Positions 1 to 12,038 of a stretch of DNA of 64,000 nucleotides are shown in pieces; positions within the stretch are counted from its first letter, which is position 1, and every line of letters starts with the position of its first letter. The notes under the pieces were generated by a model that was not told the origin of the DNA, searched no databases, and saw nothing but the letters and a program-made list of their open reading frames with translations. The DNA lies in contig CP060762.1 of the NCBI GenBank assembly GCA_023205875.1, positions 310,001 through 374,000 on the forward strand, given 5' to 3'. A program made the translations under genes and the position numbers. The stretch comes from Chloropicon primus. Taxonomy: Eukaryota.

Positions 1-783
1 CTGCTGGAGGAGCTGAGGAAGCCGTTCTCGACCGCGGAGGTGAAGGCGCTGATGAAGCAGCTCCTCTCCGGCTTGGCGTACATGCACGACAACTGGGTGT
101 TTCACAGGGACCTGAAGACTTCGAACATCCTGTACAATAACAAGGGTGAGGTGAAGATATGCGACTTTGGCCTCGCGAGGACGTACGGCTCGCCCCTCAA
201 GGCGTACACCCAGCTGGTGGTGACCCTGTGGTACAGGGCGCCCGAGCTCCTCCTGTCGGAGGGGGTCTACTCACCGGGGATCGACGTCTGGTCGATGGGG
301 TGCATCATGGCGGAGCTCCTGACGAGGAAGCCGCTGTTCAAGGGGAAGACGGAGATCGAGCTGATCGACAAGGTCTTCGCCCTGCTGGGGACTCCCACGG
401 ACGAGTCCTGGCCAGGGTTCTCGGAGATGAAGCTGGTGAAGAAGGTGAAGTTCAAGAACCACCCGTGCTCCCAGCTCAGACAGAAGTTCCCAAAGTTCGC
501 CTTCAGCGCCGGCCAAGTCACCCTGAGCGACAAGGGCTTCGACCTCCTGGAGAGGATGCTGTGCTACGACCCGGCCAAGCGCATCACGGCGAGGGAGGCG
601 GCGGACCACGAGTGGTTCAAGGAGGTTCCCCGGCCGCAGGACCTGTTCCTCATGCCGACCATCTCGTACAGCACGGCGCCGAGGAAGGCGAGGCACGACT
701 CCCCCGACCCCCTCGAGGAGCAGCGCCGGAGGGAGCAGCTCCAGGACCACAACCAGGAGGGCGGGGGCCTCTTCCAGTTCTGA
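1..783 (+). CDS. Cyclin-dependent kinase, CDK11/CDKG (PITSLRE)-like, 5'-truncated by window edge
   Basis: HRDLKTSNIL, DFGLAR, YTQLVVTLWYRAPELLL motifs; frame open from window start. Confidence 0.9.
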   Translation: MLEELRKPFSTAEVKALMKQLLSGLAYMHDNWVFHRDLKTSNILYNNKGEVKICDFGLARTYGSPLKAYTQLVVTLWYRAPELLLSEGVYSPGIDVWSMGCIMAELLTRKPLFKGKTEIELIDKVFALLGTPTDESWPGFSEMKLVKKVKFKNHPCSQLRQKFPKFAFSAGQVTLSDKGFDLLERMLCYDPAKRITAREAADHEWFKEVPRPQDLFLMPTISYSTAPRKARHDSPDPLEEQRRREQLQDHNQEGGGLFQF

Positions 784-1356
784 CATGGCATCGTTACGGG
801 GTCTCGGTTGGGGGAGGAGGGGAGGAGGCAGTGGCGGGGCGGGGCAACGTGGGAAGGGGGTTCTCACGTCCAGTTCCAGCGTCTTCGTCATCCTCCCAAT
901 GGCGTTGTGGAGTGAAATCCGGATTTCATCCCCAGTCCTTTTAAGTTTATTCGTTTATCATGAATCAATACACAGCAGAGCAAGAGATCTGAAGCTCGGG
1001 TTGTTGCGTCAAGTCAGTCTCAACTTGTTGCTCGACGGATCAATCTCTCCTCGAAGACATCCCCTTCTCACTCTCACTCTCACACAGACTTTGGGGATCT
1101 TGGATCTCTCTCGGACTCGGCGGAAAAACCTAAAAAGCATTTTTGGCACAGAATTTGACGGAGAGGTTGGCTCGACCTTACCTTCGGGTGGACGGAAGCC
1201 TTCGCGAGAGGGACGCGCGCCAAGGAGCAACGCATTCGTTCCTCGCGTCACGCTCGCGCACGGACACACACACGCACACGCACGCACGCACTTTTTTTTC
1301 TTTCATTCCATTCAATGTGTTCCTTGGTGTCCTCGAAAGGACACTTGGGTTCCGTG

Positions 1357-2694
1357 ATGCCCACGACCAAAGGGTTTCTTCCAAGCGTCTCGCCGCGGTG
1401 TTCGGTCAGCGCTCTTGGGCAGAGGCACCTCAGGAGGGCAAGAGACAAGGCTGTCCTCGCTCTCGCGTCCAGGAGGTCGGAGAGACGCACCACCCCCATC
1501 AACAACAACTCGAGGCCTGTGCTGCTAGCGGAGAAGCAACAGGAGGGCGTGAGAGGCTCGACCCTACGGGCCGCCAACTCGTCACCAAAGGAGACCGAGT
1601 CACGGTAAGGCGTGTTCCCTCCTTCTGCTCGTGCTTGCTCGTCCCTCCGATGCTGGTGAGCAGCGAACAACAAAACGGACCCGCTGACCGGATCGCGGAT
1701 CGCTTCTCGCTCTTCTTCTTCTTCTTGTTGCTCGATCGAACGTTCCAGCTTGTTCCAAACGTACCTCAAGGTGTCCAACGTGTTCGCCAACCTCTTCCCC
1801 ATCTGGACGGTCGCGGCGGCGGCGGCTGGGTTGGCGAACCCGTCCCTGTTCTCTTGGCTCACGACGTCTTACTTCACTGCTGGGCTCGGGATACTTATGT
1901 TCAGCATGGGTATCACGCTTACGCTGCAGGACTTTAAGAGAGTCCTGTCCAAACCAGGGCCGGTGACCATCAACTTCTTGTGCTGCTACGTTCTGATGCC
2001 CTTGCTCGGTCTTGCTCTCGGGAAAGCCTTTGCGCTTTCGCCGCCCATCGTGGCGGGGCTCGTGCTCGTGGGCTCAATCAACGGGGGGCAGGCGAGCAAC
2101 CTCTGCACTTATATTGCGAGGGGGGACGTTGCCCTCTCCGTCGTGATGACGACCAGCACCACACTCGGGACCATCTTCATGACCCCACTGATCGCAAAGG
2201 TGCTCCTCGGCACCATCGTTCCGGTGGACGCCGTGGGCGTGGCGGTGAGCGCCATGCAGGTCGTCCTCCTGCCAATCATTCTCGGGGTCTGCCTGAACTC
2301 GACGGCCCCAAAGTTCTGCAGGCAGGTGGAGCCCCTCTGCCCGACCATTGGGGTTACCTCGACCGTCCTGCTCGTCGGAGCGAGCGTTGCTGGGTGCGCC
2401 CAAGCGATCAAGAACGCTGGGTGGGGGCTGCAAATCGTGGTGATGCTGCTCCACTTGATTGGGGGTGCCGCAGGGTACTGGCTGTGCAGAATCTGCAAGT
2501 TCGGAGAGACGACGAGCAGAACGACCGCCATCGAGACGGCAATGAAGTCGAGCGCCTTTGGGGTTCTCCTCGCGACCTTGCACTTTGGAGACTACCTCGT
2601 GAGGGTGCCGAGTGCCGTCAGCGTGGTTTGGATGGCGATCATGGGCTCCTCCATGGCAGTGGTCTGGCAGTTCATACCCGTCAAGGGCGAGTAA
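1357..2694 (+). CDS. Bile acid:sodium symporter family (BASS, plastid pyruvate/2-keto-acid transporter-like); exons 1357-1604 and 1749-2694
   Basis: MFSMGITLT, GGQASNLCTYIARGDVALSV motifs, many TM segments; intron 1605-1748 (GTAAGG..CTGAC..CCAG) joins a Ser/Arg-rich transit-peptide exon in frame. Confidence 0.88.
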
Positions 2695-2825
2695 GCTGCC
2701 TCTGCGTCGTTGAAGGGTTAGTCTCCTGAACCAAATACCGTTTTGTGTAATCTCATAATCTTTTACAATATCCTTTTCACGTTTTATTTGGCCCCCCCCC
2801 CTCCTTTGAGATTGTCTTGTCGTCG

Positions 2826-3869
2826 TCACGAGAAGAAGCTCTCTCGGTCGTTCAAAAGCACCTTCTGCCGCTTAGGATCTTTCTCCTCGTTGAGCTTTGC
2901 GATCTCACACATCGCTTGCTTGAACCTAGCAATGTCATCCAAGTCCACGAAAGTCACCAGCGGCAGCTTCAACTTTGATATGTCCCCGCCGTGATCTTCG
3001 AGCACGCCGCAACAGAACTCCACGATCCTCTTCGTGCAGTCCTCGATCTTCCCTACGTAGTCTGCCCTCAACTTTTTTCGGCAGTAGCTCTTCATCTCGG
3101 TCAAGTTCGTGAGGAGGAACACCATCGTTGGCCCGTCCTCCACCAAGCAAGGAGGCATGTGCGTCTTGAAGCGCTGGATGTAATCCTCGAACGAGTCCTT
3201 GAGAACCTCGATAGAAGGTATCAGAAATATCACCAAGTTATCAGGCCGTGTGTCGGGTAATGCAGAGTCCTCTTCCTCTTCCGCAATCCCGTCCCTGAAA
3301 TCAAAGTCTGAGTTGAGAATCCTCGTCTTTGCTGGAGCCCAGTCCGCGACTTCACCGTCGTCGAGAACCCCCATGATGTCCTTCACCGTGGTCTTGTACT
3401 CGCTCGTGAAGTAGGTCTCGAACACCTCGTAGTCGAAGTTGCTCGAGGCCTCCAGGAACGTCGCCAGGGCCAAGACCGACTCTTTATGCTCCAGCATCTT
3501 CTGGTTGCTCTCCGATCGAAATATTGCATCCATGTTTTTGCCTTTGAGCTCCACCGAAAGGTTCTCGACGGTGTCCAAGTGATGCTTCATATCCTCGTGC
3601 TCGCTCACCTTCAGCTTGGAGCACTTTTCGAGAAGTTCCTTGATCTTGTGCCGCCTGACGAAGAAGACAACCTTTTGACGCTCTTCGGCATCCAAGGGAT
3701 CCTCGCTGATGCTGATGATGCTCTTGTTGAGAAACCTGACGTGTTGGAAATACCGCTTCAGACACTTTGGCTCCAGCCCAAACACAACTCCCCTGTTGAC
3801 CTGGTCATGATCAATGTTGGAGAAGGAGATGTCCACGTTCTTTCTGCTCCTCCCAAAGCAGCAAAACAT
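2826..3869 (-). CDS. Divergent G-alpha-like pseudo-GTPase (paralog of 13148-14302)
   Basis: Intronless ORF starting MFCCFG; segments colinear with G-alpha (EYKTTVKDIM, LVIFLIP, GPTMVFLLTN); TGTAA on minus strand at 2763-2767. CDS is solid, family call is by eye. Confidence 0.55.
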   Translation of the reverse strand: MFCCFGRSRKNVDISFSNIDHDQVNRGVVFGLEPKCLKRYFQHVRFLNKSIISISEDPLDAEERQKVVFFVRRHKIKELLEKCSKLKVSEHEDMKHHLDTVENLSVELKGKNMDAIFRSESNQKMLEHKESVLALATFLEASSNFDYEVFETYFTSEYKTTVKDIMGVLDDGEVADWAPAKTRILNSDFDFRDGIAEEEEDSALPDTRPDNLVIFLIPSIEVLKDSFEDYIQRFKTHMPPCLVEDGPTMVFLLTNLTEMKSYCRKKLRADYVGKIEDCTKRIVEFCCGVLEDHGGDISKLKLPLVTFVDLDDIARFKQAMCEIAKLNEEKDPKRQKVLLNDRESFFS

Positions 3870-5328
3870 CTTGCAGCAAAACTTTTGTCTTCTCCTTGCA
3901 AAACTTTGTGCCAACACCAAGTTTCGTTTCTGTCTAGCAAGCAAAGCCAGCAAAGCCCTGGGAAGGCGCCTCTCCACTGGGTGGTCTCTCCACTGGGTCT
4001 GTCTCTGGAAGGGAAGGACTTACACAAAGGACACAGACGTCCGGCGGTTGGGTCTGGAGCTTAGGACTGGTTCCCTTGGCATGTCATGAGATCCAGGACG
4101 TCACGGCAATGTGTCACGGCAATGGCAATGCGCGGGCGGATCAATCCGTCGCGAGGCTTTGTCGGCCACTGGACTTGATGAGGCTTCCGCTTCCTTCGAG
4201 GAGAACACGAGAAGAGAGAGCGAGGGACGAAAAGGAAAGGAGAGGATCTTCGTTCTCGTTCGTTCCTTCGTCCTTTTTGCTTAATCAGAACCGACGAGAC
4301 GAGGAGAACTTGAGAAGAACTTTACAACATTGCTCGAGGAGAGGAACACGAACTCAAGCTCTTCCGTGGAGAAGTAATGCCATGGAGAAGAGAAAGAACT
4401 TGAGTTTGGGAGAAGTACTGTCACGAACGCAAAACGAACCTCTGCTCCTCGGATCGGAGGCCCAAACTTCCCAAACTTCCCAAACTTCCCAAACGAAGTT
4501 TCTTAGGGCTTTCTCTCCCTGGAGAAGAAATTTTTGATCAAATACCACAGTAGATCGATCCAAGGGCGGCCACGAGGAAGGTCGGCGATCAGGGCGCCTG
4601 TTGAGGACGAGGGGCGCGGTCAAGGCGGAGGGGAGGAAGACTGCTGGGTGGCGTGTCTCACGAGCTTTCCATAGACACCTCGCTTGACTCGTGGGGCGGT
4701 CTGCTCGGCCTGCGAGAGGCGGTTGACTTGGTTGTTGGGAGAAAAGAAGAGGGAGAGGCAGAGGACCACAGAGTGTTGACGAGGTGGAGGGGTCGAGCGA
4801 GAGGTGGAGGGAGAGCCTTTGCGTGGTGGACGAGGACGCCAGACCAAGCGTCGTGGTGGTGTCGATACGAGTGGGAGACGCCTTGGCAGGACGAACCAGA
4901 GTGAGTGTGTGAGAAAGACTCTTTCGCCTTTGGTTGCCAGCAAAGGGACAAGAATAACAACACAAAAGGATTTGGTTCTGTGTTCAGGGGAGAGGCCTGC
5001 TAGTGCAGCCGTTGCGAGCTCTTGGCATTGCTTGTTGGAGAATTTGATGGAACGCAGCACGCTTGCGCTTGGGGGAGACGGCGGGTACATATGAATCCGT
5101 GCCAAGGACTTCTTACAGGGAAGGAGAGGAGAGTTTGATAGACTAGACCGGGCCACAAGCAAACTTTGGATGCAGAGGGTTTGATCTTTGCGGACTTGGA
5201 CCTCGGCACTTGGTTGAGATTAGCTGGTCGGGAGACAAAGGCGGAAGCTTTGTCCCAAACACAACCAATATATATATATAGAGAGAGGAGAGGGACATAT
5301 TCTTTTGCCCGGGGGTTAGATCGATAGT

Positions 5329-8300
5329 ATGGGGGCAGAGAGAAGGAGGGCTGGGTCGTCCCAGCTTAAGCCAGGCCAAATGAGTGCCTTGCTGTCGCAG
5401 ACCTCGGGAGCTGCTGGGAACGTTTCAAGTGAGGAGGTGCGCACCGTATTCACCAACAGCAGCGACCACTTGTGGAGGAAGCAGATGCGGAACAACCGCA
5501 CGCGCACGGCAAAGTACACGATCATCACGTTCTTTCCTAGGTCGCTGTACGAGCAATTCAGGCGCGTTGCGAACGTTTACTTCACGCTGGTTGCGGGTTT
5601 GTCCCTGACGGATGTGAGTCCGGTACGGCCGTGGACCACCTTCACCCCGCTCGCCATCGTCCTGGGCGTCTCGTTGGTGAAGGAAGCGATCGAGGATTAT
5701 AAGAGGCACCAGGCCGATAAGAAGGAGAACGGCAGGCAAGTCGACGTGTGGTGCAAGGATAAGGTCGGGTGGAAGACGGTGAGGTGGGACCAAGTGAAGG
5801 TCGGGGATGTGGTGCGGGTCACCAGAGACCAAGGGTTTCCGGCGGACATTGTCCTCCTCTCTTCGGGGACGTCGGACGGGGTGTGCTACGTAGAGACAAT
5901 GAATTTAGATGGGGAAACGAACTTGAAGCTGAAGAAAGCAATTGGTGCGACGAATGGCATGGACACGTCGAACTTTGACGGCTTCAACACGGCGGTGCAG
6001 TGCGATCTGCCGAATCCGAGCTTGTACACGTTCACCGGGAACATACACTTGCTTGGGCAGCCACCGCAAAGGAGGGGAAGCGAAGATCAGTCCGCAAGAA
6101 GCAGGGCGGGGAGTGCTTCTTCGGTGGGATCCAGGGGCAGGAGTGGGAGCGGAGCCTCGGTGGAGGGGAGCGAGCAACTTCCCAGGACGAGGTCAAAGGT
6201 GAATTACGAGATTAAGACCTATCCAGTGAGCCCCGAGTCCATCTTGCTCCGTGGGTCCAACCTGAGGAACACCGAAGTGGTCTACGGTGTGGTCGTTTAC
6301 ACCGGCCACGAGTCCAAGGTCATGATGAATGCGACCGAGCCGCCCTCGAAGCGCTCCAGCTTGGAGAAAAGCATTGATTCCGTGATCATGTTTCAGTTCA
6401 CGCTTCTCTTCTTCATGTGCGTCTCGGGAAGCGTCCTCTCCGGGTTTTGGCACGAGTACTACGGCTACCAGCACTGGTACCTCGCGTTAGATGACAAGCC
6501 CAAGGAGTTCACTCCAGAGGACAAGATCAAGGTCATGGGTCTGAGTTTCATCACTTCCTTCATACTTTACGGTTATCTCATCCCGATCTCGCTCTACGTC
6601 TGCGTGGAGATGGTGAAGATCGTGCAAGCCATGATTTACATCAGGTGCGACCGGGAGATGTACCACGAGGAGACGGACACGGCCGCTCTAGCGAGGACGT
6701 CTAACCTGAACGAGGAGCTGGGGATGATTGACACCGTGCTGACGGACAAGACAGGAACTTTGACTTGCAATGTCATGGAGTTCTTCAAATGCAGCATCAA
6801 CGGCAAGACTTACGGAACTGGCGTGAACGAGATCGAGAAGGCCAACTCGCTGAGGAAAGGGCTCACGATTGACCAGATCATGGAAGGGAGCAACCAGAGA
6901 ACTTCGGAGCCCGTGAAAGGATTCAGTTTCTACGACGAGGAGGTCTCCGACTTTGCGTGGACGGGGCACAAGGACGTGAAAGAGATCCAGATGTTCCTGC
7001 AGCTGCTCGCGGTGTGCCACACAGTGGTGCCCGAAGGCGAGGCGGACGACATTAACTACCAGGCCGAGTCTCCGGACGAAGAGGCGCTGGTGTTGGCCGC
7101 AAAAGAGATGGGGTACAAGTGCGTCAAGAGGAACCTGAACTCGCTGTTTGTGCAGGAGAGGGACCTCGGCGGCGAGATCAAGGAAAAGGAATACAAGATT
7201 TTGCACGTCCTTGAGTTCACCTCCGCCAGGAAGAGGCAGTCCGTCATTTTTAAGACACCGGAGGGAGAAATCATCCTTGGCTGCAAAGGAGCAGACAACG
7301 TCATTTACGACAGGCTTGCGGAGCGAACAGGAGAGGTCCAGGAAAACACACAGGATCACTTGAATGCCTACGCGCAGGCTGGGCTCAGAACGCTGTGCAT
7401 AAGTTACAGGAAGCTGTCCGACGAGGTGTACAGCGAGTTTCACAAGAAGTGGACGGAAGCAAAGACGGCTCTGTCGGACAGAGACGTCAAGGTGGAAGCG
7501 GTGAACGACAAGATCGAGCGGGAGCTGATCCTTGTGGGCGCGACGGCGATCGAAGACAGGTTGCAGGACAAGGTGCCTCAGTGCCTCGAATTGCTTGCGA
7601 ACGCGGGGCTTCGCATATGGATGTTGACAGGGGATAAGCTGGAAACGGCTGTCAACATCGGGTACGCTTGCAGCTTGCTGACGGACAGCATGTCCGTGCA
7701 CACCGTGCAGCTGAACTTGGGGGATACCAGGCTGTCTGTTGACTCCACCCACGAAGAGAGGTCCAAGGTTTTCACGCTCCAGGTGACGGAGCAGTTCGCG
7801 AAGATCAGTAAGAGGGTCATGAAGGGCACTGACCTGCATGCGCTGGTGATCGAGGGAAATGCGCTCGCCTATGCAATTACTCCAGAGAACGCGGACTCTC
7901 TTATAGATATCTGCGGCTCTTGCGCGTCGGTGATATGCTGCCGCGTTAGTCCAAGGCAGAAAGCACAAGTCACAGAGCTTGTGAAGCTCAGCGGGGCGAC
8001 AACTTTGGCGATTGGTGACGGGGCAAACGATGTTGGGATGATACAAGCAGCCCACATTGGCGTCGGAATCAGTGGCAAAGAAGGCATGCAGGCAGTCATG
8101 AGCAGCGACTTTGCGATTGCGCAGTTCAAATTCCTGGAGAGGCTGGTTCTCTTGCATGGCAGGATATCCTACAAGAGGCTCGGAAGAATGGTTGGGTACT
8201 TCTTCTACAAGAACATTGTGCTGGGTCTGTGCTTGTACTTTTACAACTCGCAAGCGTTCTTTAGTGGGCAAACCCTGTTCGACGACTTTTATCTGAGTTG

Positions 8301-9174
8301 CTACAACATCCTGTTCACGAGTCTGCCTGTTCTCGCAGTAGGAGTGTTTGATGAGGATGTCAAGTACAAAACTGTTCGAAAATATCCAAGGGTGTATGAG
8401 CAAGGTGCCTTGCGAAACGAGTATTTTTCTTTCTTCCCGGTGAGAACGATGTGGGTTCTCAATGCAGTCTATGCAGCAATAGTGAACTTCCTCTTTGTGC
8501 TGTGCTCCTACGGAATGGACGCGGATAAAGAAAACGGGAAAGTCTCTGGCCTGTTCAGCATGGGAACATGCCTGTACACCACCATAGTCATCACGGTCAA
8601 CATTCAAATCGCACTTGTCCTGGATCACTGGACGATATTCCACCATTTCGCGATTTGGGGATCAATTCTGTGCTGGTTCTTGTTCCTCATCGCGTACGGG
8701 TCCTTCGATCCTGACATCAGCCAAAACGTCTATCAGTTGTTCCTCACAATTGTCGTGCCAACGACGAGGTACTGGCTGATCATAGTCATAGTACCCCTGG
8801 TTGCAGTGCTTCCAGACTTCTTCGTCAGGCAGCTCAAGCACTTTAAGTTCCCCTCAGACCACAGGGTCCTGCAAGAGGTTGAAGTCTATCACCTGCGCGG
8901 CGACATGGATCGGCAGCAAAATGTAGATCTCCGGAATAGCAGGCTGTCGTCCTTGACTCTGCCTTCCAAGGGGGCGTCGAAGATCAGAATCAAGAGCCTG
9001 ATGAGCCGAAGAGTTTCGGAAGTTCCACAGGCGACTGCCGCTGCACCGAGCTCAAGCGTGGCATCTTCAAGCTCCCAAGAGAGTCTTGTTGTTGTGCAGA
9101 ATCCCGCAGCACTCCCTGGGGCAAGCGAAATAATCGAAAAGGTAGTGACTCCCGTTGGTGGCGGATCGCACTGA
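5329..9174 (+). CDS. P4-type ATPase (phospholipid flippase, ALA/DRS2-like)
   Basis: DGETNLK, PISLYV, DKTGTLT phosphorylation site, TGDKLETA, GDGANDV; start may be ATG 5380. Confidence 0.96.
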   Translation: MGAERRRAGSSQLKPGQMSALLSQTSGAAGNVSSEEVRTVFTNSSDHLWRKQMRNNRTRTAKYTIITFFPRSLYEQFRRVANVYFTLVAGLSLTDVSPVRPWTTFTPLAIVLGVSLVKEAIEDYKRHQADKKENGRQVDVWCKDKVGWKTVRWDQVKVGDVVRVTRDQGFPADIVLLSSGTSDGVCYVETMNLDGETNLKLKKAIGATNGMDTSNFDGFNTAVQCDLPNPSLYTFTGNIHLLGQPPQRRGSEDQSARSRAGSASSVGSRGRSGSGASVEGSEQLPRTRSKVNYEIKTYPVSPESILLRGSNLRNTEVVYGVVVYTGHESKVMMNATEPPSKRSSLEKSIDSVIMFQFTLLFFMCVSGSVLSGFWHEYYGYQHWYLALDDKPKEFTPEDKIKVMGLSFITSFILYGYLIPISLYVCVEMVKIVQAMIYIRCDREMYHEETDTAALARTSNLNEELGMIDTVLTDKTGTLTCNVMEFFKCSINGKTYGTGVNEIEKANSLRKGLTIDQIMEGSNQRTSEPVKGFSFYDEEVSDFAWTGHKDVKEIQMFLQLLAVCHTVVPEGEADDINYQAESPDEEALVLAAKEMGYKCVKRNLNSLFVQERDLGGEIKEKEYKILHVLEFTSARKRQSVIFKTPEGEIILGCKGADNVIYDRLAERTGEVQENTQDHLNAYAQAGLRTLCISYRKLSDEVYSEFHKKWTEAKTALSDRDVKVEAVNDKIERELILVGATAIEDRLQDKVPQCLELLANAGLRIWMLTGDKLETAVNIGYACSLLTDSMSVHTVQLNLGDTRLSVDSTHEERSKVFTLQVTEQFAKISKRVMKGTDLHALVIEGNALAYAITPENADSLIDICGSCASVICCRVSPRQKAQVTELVKLSGATTLAIGDGANDVGMIQAAHIGVGISGKEGMQAVMSSDFAIAQFKFLERLVLLHGRISYKRLGRMVGYFFYKNIVLGLCLYFYNSQAFFSGQTLFDDFYLSCYNILFTSLPVLAVGVFDEDVKYKTVRKYPRVYEQGALRNEYFSFFPVRTMWVLNAVYAAIVNFLFVLCSYGMDADKENGKVSGLFSMGTCLYTTIVITVNIQIALVLDHWTIFHHFAIWGSILCWFLFLIAYGSFDPDISQNVYQLFLTIVVPTTRYWLIIVIVPLVAVLPDFFVRQLKHFKFPSDHRVLQEVEVYHLRGDMDRQQNVDLRNSRLSSLTLPSKGASKIRIKSLMSRRVSEVPQATAAAPSSSVASSSSQESLVVVQNPAALPGASEIIEKVVTPVGGGSH

Positions 9175-9259
9175 AAGATTGTGAGGCAAAGCGTTAACCC
9201 GTTGTGCCTCACGGATTGATGATGGTAAAATTACAACTCAAAAATGAGGCCAGACAACC

Positions 9260-12038
9260 TCACGGTTGTCGCAAACTGTTATATATCTCTTTCGTAAACC
9301 TTGTGGACGCCTGCAGTCCGTTGAGATAGGCTTCGAAATTGTGCAGAACGGAATCTCGAGATCCACGTCGTTGGCTCTTCCTCTTTGTGAGCATCCTGAT
9401 CACCCTCTTATTCGCCTTCGCTTTCTCCACCGCTTGCGTCAAAAGTGCAAGCTCCTTCTTGGAATGCTTTGAGCAGGCAAAGACCGGGCTCTTTGCCCGC
9501 GACGAGGATTCCTCGCGATCACTCTCAACAACCTTTGTCTCAATTTTGCGCTTCTCTTTGGCAGCAGCGTCCTCAGTCTGGCACCCTTCGCTCCGCAGCA
9601 CGACCCTCTCCATGTTCTGCTTCTCCATCGTTTTGGAAAGCAGATCCAGCTGCTGCTCCAAGAGCACTTCGCTGAACTTGTCAAATGTCACTTTCATTTC
9701 CTCCTTCAAGTCCTCTTTTGTGACGTACACGTCCTGCTTCAGGACGGACTCCTCCACGGCTGATATCTTGTTCGATATGGCGCCGAGACTCTCGCAGAGG
9801 CTCTGATGCTCCTTTGCCTGCTCGCTGTTCATGAAGTCACAACGCCCCCCAATTCTGGAGAGGCTCTCGGCATGCTCGGCGCTCTTCCTCTCCAGGTTGT
9901 TCCCGATCTCCGCAAGACCATCCGTGATGCACGCTGACACGGATTCAAATCGACCCTCGAGGATCTTCTGAAGACTCTCTGCTACATTTTGGTGGCTCCC
10001 AACAATGTCGGACACGCTCTCAATGATTTCTTTCCCCATCTCCTTCACGGCGGAGTTCTCCCTCTCGCTCGCGTCGCCCTTGCCGGCTTCGATCGAGGTG
10101 CTCACGATCCGAACTGCGCTTGTGATCTCACCCAGCATTTGGACTATCTCGTCGCTTTGCCCTCCCTGGGCTCGCACGAGCTGCGATAACTCGCGGTCCT
10201 TCTCGGCGAGCTGGGCCGTGACAGAGTTCCTGAACTCCTCCAGCTCCTTCGCGACAGCATCGAAGCTTCCGTGTTGCTCGGGGAGGACGGGCTTTGCATC
10301 GGGTAGCACGTCTTGCTTCTTTGACTTGTCCATCAACTTGTTCAATTGTCGCAGTATCTCGTCCTTTTGGCCCGCGACGGTGGAATTAAAATTTTCAGCC
10401 ATCTGAAACTTTTCTCTCGACAGCTCCGACACTCGCGAAATCAGGCTTTCGATTTCCTGCCTCTGGGTCTCCACCACCGATTTCAGTTCCACCTTCTCCT
10501 TCCTTCCTTCCTCCTTTGCGGCTTCCAAGGACTCTGAGAGCCGCTTCGAGTACCTGCGCTCGTTCTCGAGATTGCTCTTGAACTTGTCCACCTGCGACAC
10601 AAGCAAAGTCTTGGCCGCCTCCTCTTTGCCCATCAAGTCGCTCATCATATCGATCTCTCCTTTGAGCTGAGTCAACAAATTGGCCTGGGCCTCGCTCGTC
10701 ACGATCTTGCCCCCCTTCTCCTCGACCCTCTTCGACGAGCCGAGCTCCTCCGCGCTGGACTGAGTTTTTCGAGTCTCCTCCAGGACCTTGGTGCCCATTG
10801 CAGCAACGCACTTCTCCAGTGCCTCGCCTACTTGCTTCTTCAAGCCATCGAATGCGTTCGCTTGCAGCTTCCTCAACCCATCGATGTCCTCCTTTGTCGC
10901 CCTCTCCTCGTCCACGTCAATCACCAAGCGGAGCTGCAGGGGATCAAAAGCAGCTTCTTTCTTCGGCGTGTGGCTCAGCTCTGATCCTGGCACCGCGTAC
11001 CCACCAGGTGCGGGAAGGGGCGAGAGCGTCGCACCGCCATTCAGTCTCTCAATCCTGCGCGGCGATCCCTTCTTCTTCGATCCCTTGGGAGTGCGGGGAG
11101 ACAGGCTTGGGGGAGAAGCGGAGTGCTTGTTTAGCTCTATCGCCGCGAGGGCTCTGCCTCGCTTGGACCTGCTGCTCGAATTCAAGATGGAGCGGGTCGA
11201 AACGGACGTCGTCAAGTTTGAGTCCGAATCCATCGCAGGCGTGCTTCTTCCCGACCGATCTGACACTTCCCTCATCCGCGATTCTCTTGGGCTAGTCTTG
11301 CTGCCTTTGCTCTTCCTCCGCTTGGACGTCGCCGCCGTTGCCTTTCGCCAGGACAAGTCGCTGTTGCTGCTGGTCGTCGTGGAGAGCGACACGTCCGACT
11401 CGCTGTCGCCGAATTCCTTGGAAAACACCTGCCTCTCCTTGTAAAGGGGGTTCTGCTGACTCAACTCGTCGTCCTCGAGGTGTTGCCGCGTGTCCACGTC
11501 GATCGAAGCCAGCCGCAGTGGCGGGAGCACCTTCCTCTCTTTCCCCTTCCCACCGCTGCCCGTCCTGCCCTTGGACCTCTTGCTGTTCGTCACATCTCCC
11601 AGAACTTTAGGCCTGCTGGTCCTCTGTGCCTCTCGCGCAGCTTTCACCTTGTCCTTGTACAAGCCGTCCAGCGGGTGAGCCCACTGGCTCCTCTTCGTGC
11701 GGGAGTCGTAATAAAACCTTCAGAACGAGCTTGGGTTAGTTGAGGCACGGATGCGCCAAGAATGTGTCACGGATGAACCCAGCTTACCTCCTCTTTCCCT
11801 TCTCTGGCGTCCTTCCTTCTTCCCAACCTTTGGGAAGTGGAGCAGAGAGGCCTTCCTGGGCCAAGGACTTGCCGAACACGGCGTACTCGTTCTCCTTCAC
11901 TCCAAGGTACTTTGCATAAGATCGAAGCTCCGACTCTTCGAGGTCCTTCCCTTGCCTCAGACGCTCGGAAGCTGCGTTGATCTCCGCCATCTCCTCGTCG
12001 GGAGACGACAAATCAAAGTGCTGGACCACGGCAGTCAT
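9260..12038 (-). CDS. CEP164-like WW-domain/coiled-coil protein; exons 12038-11788 and 11717-9260
   Basis: Spliced N-terminus YAKYLGV..LAQEGLSAPLPKGWEE..R|FYYDSRTKRSQWAHPLD resembles the CEP164 N-terminal WW module; intron GTAAGC..CTAAC..AAG keeps frame; long coiled coil follows. Confidence 0.72.

Noticed and set aside
3870..5328. ORFs 4076-4537, 4354-4965, 4620-5162 and (CCCAAACTT)x3
   Set aside because: No codon bias or motifs; treated as divergent promoter/UTR region
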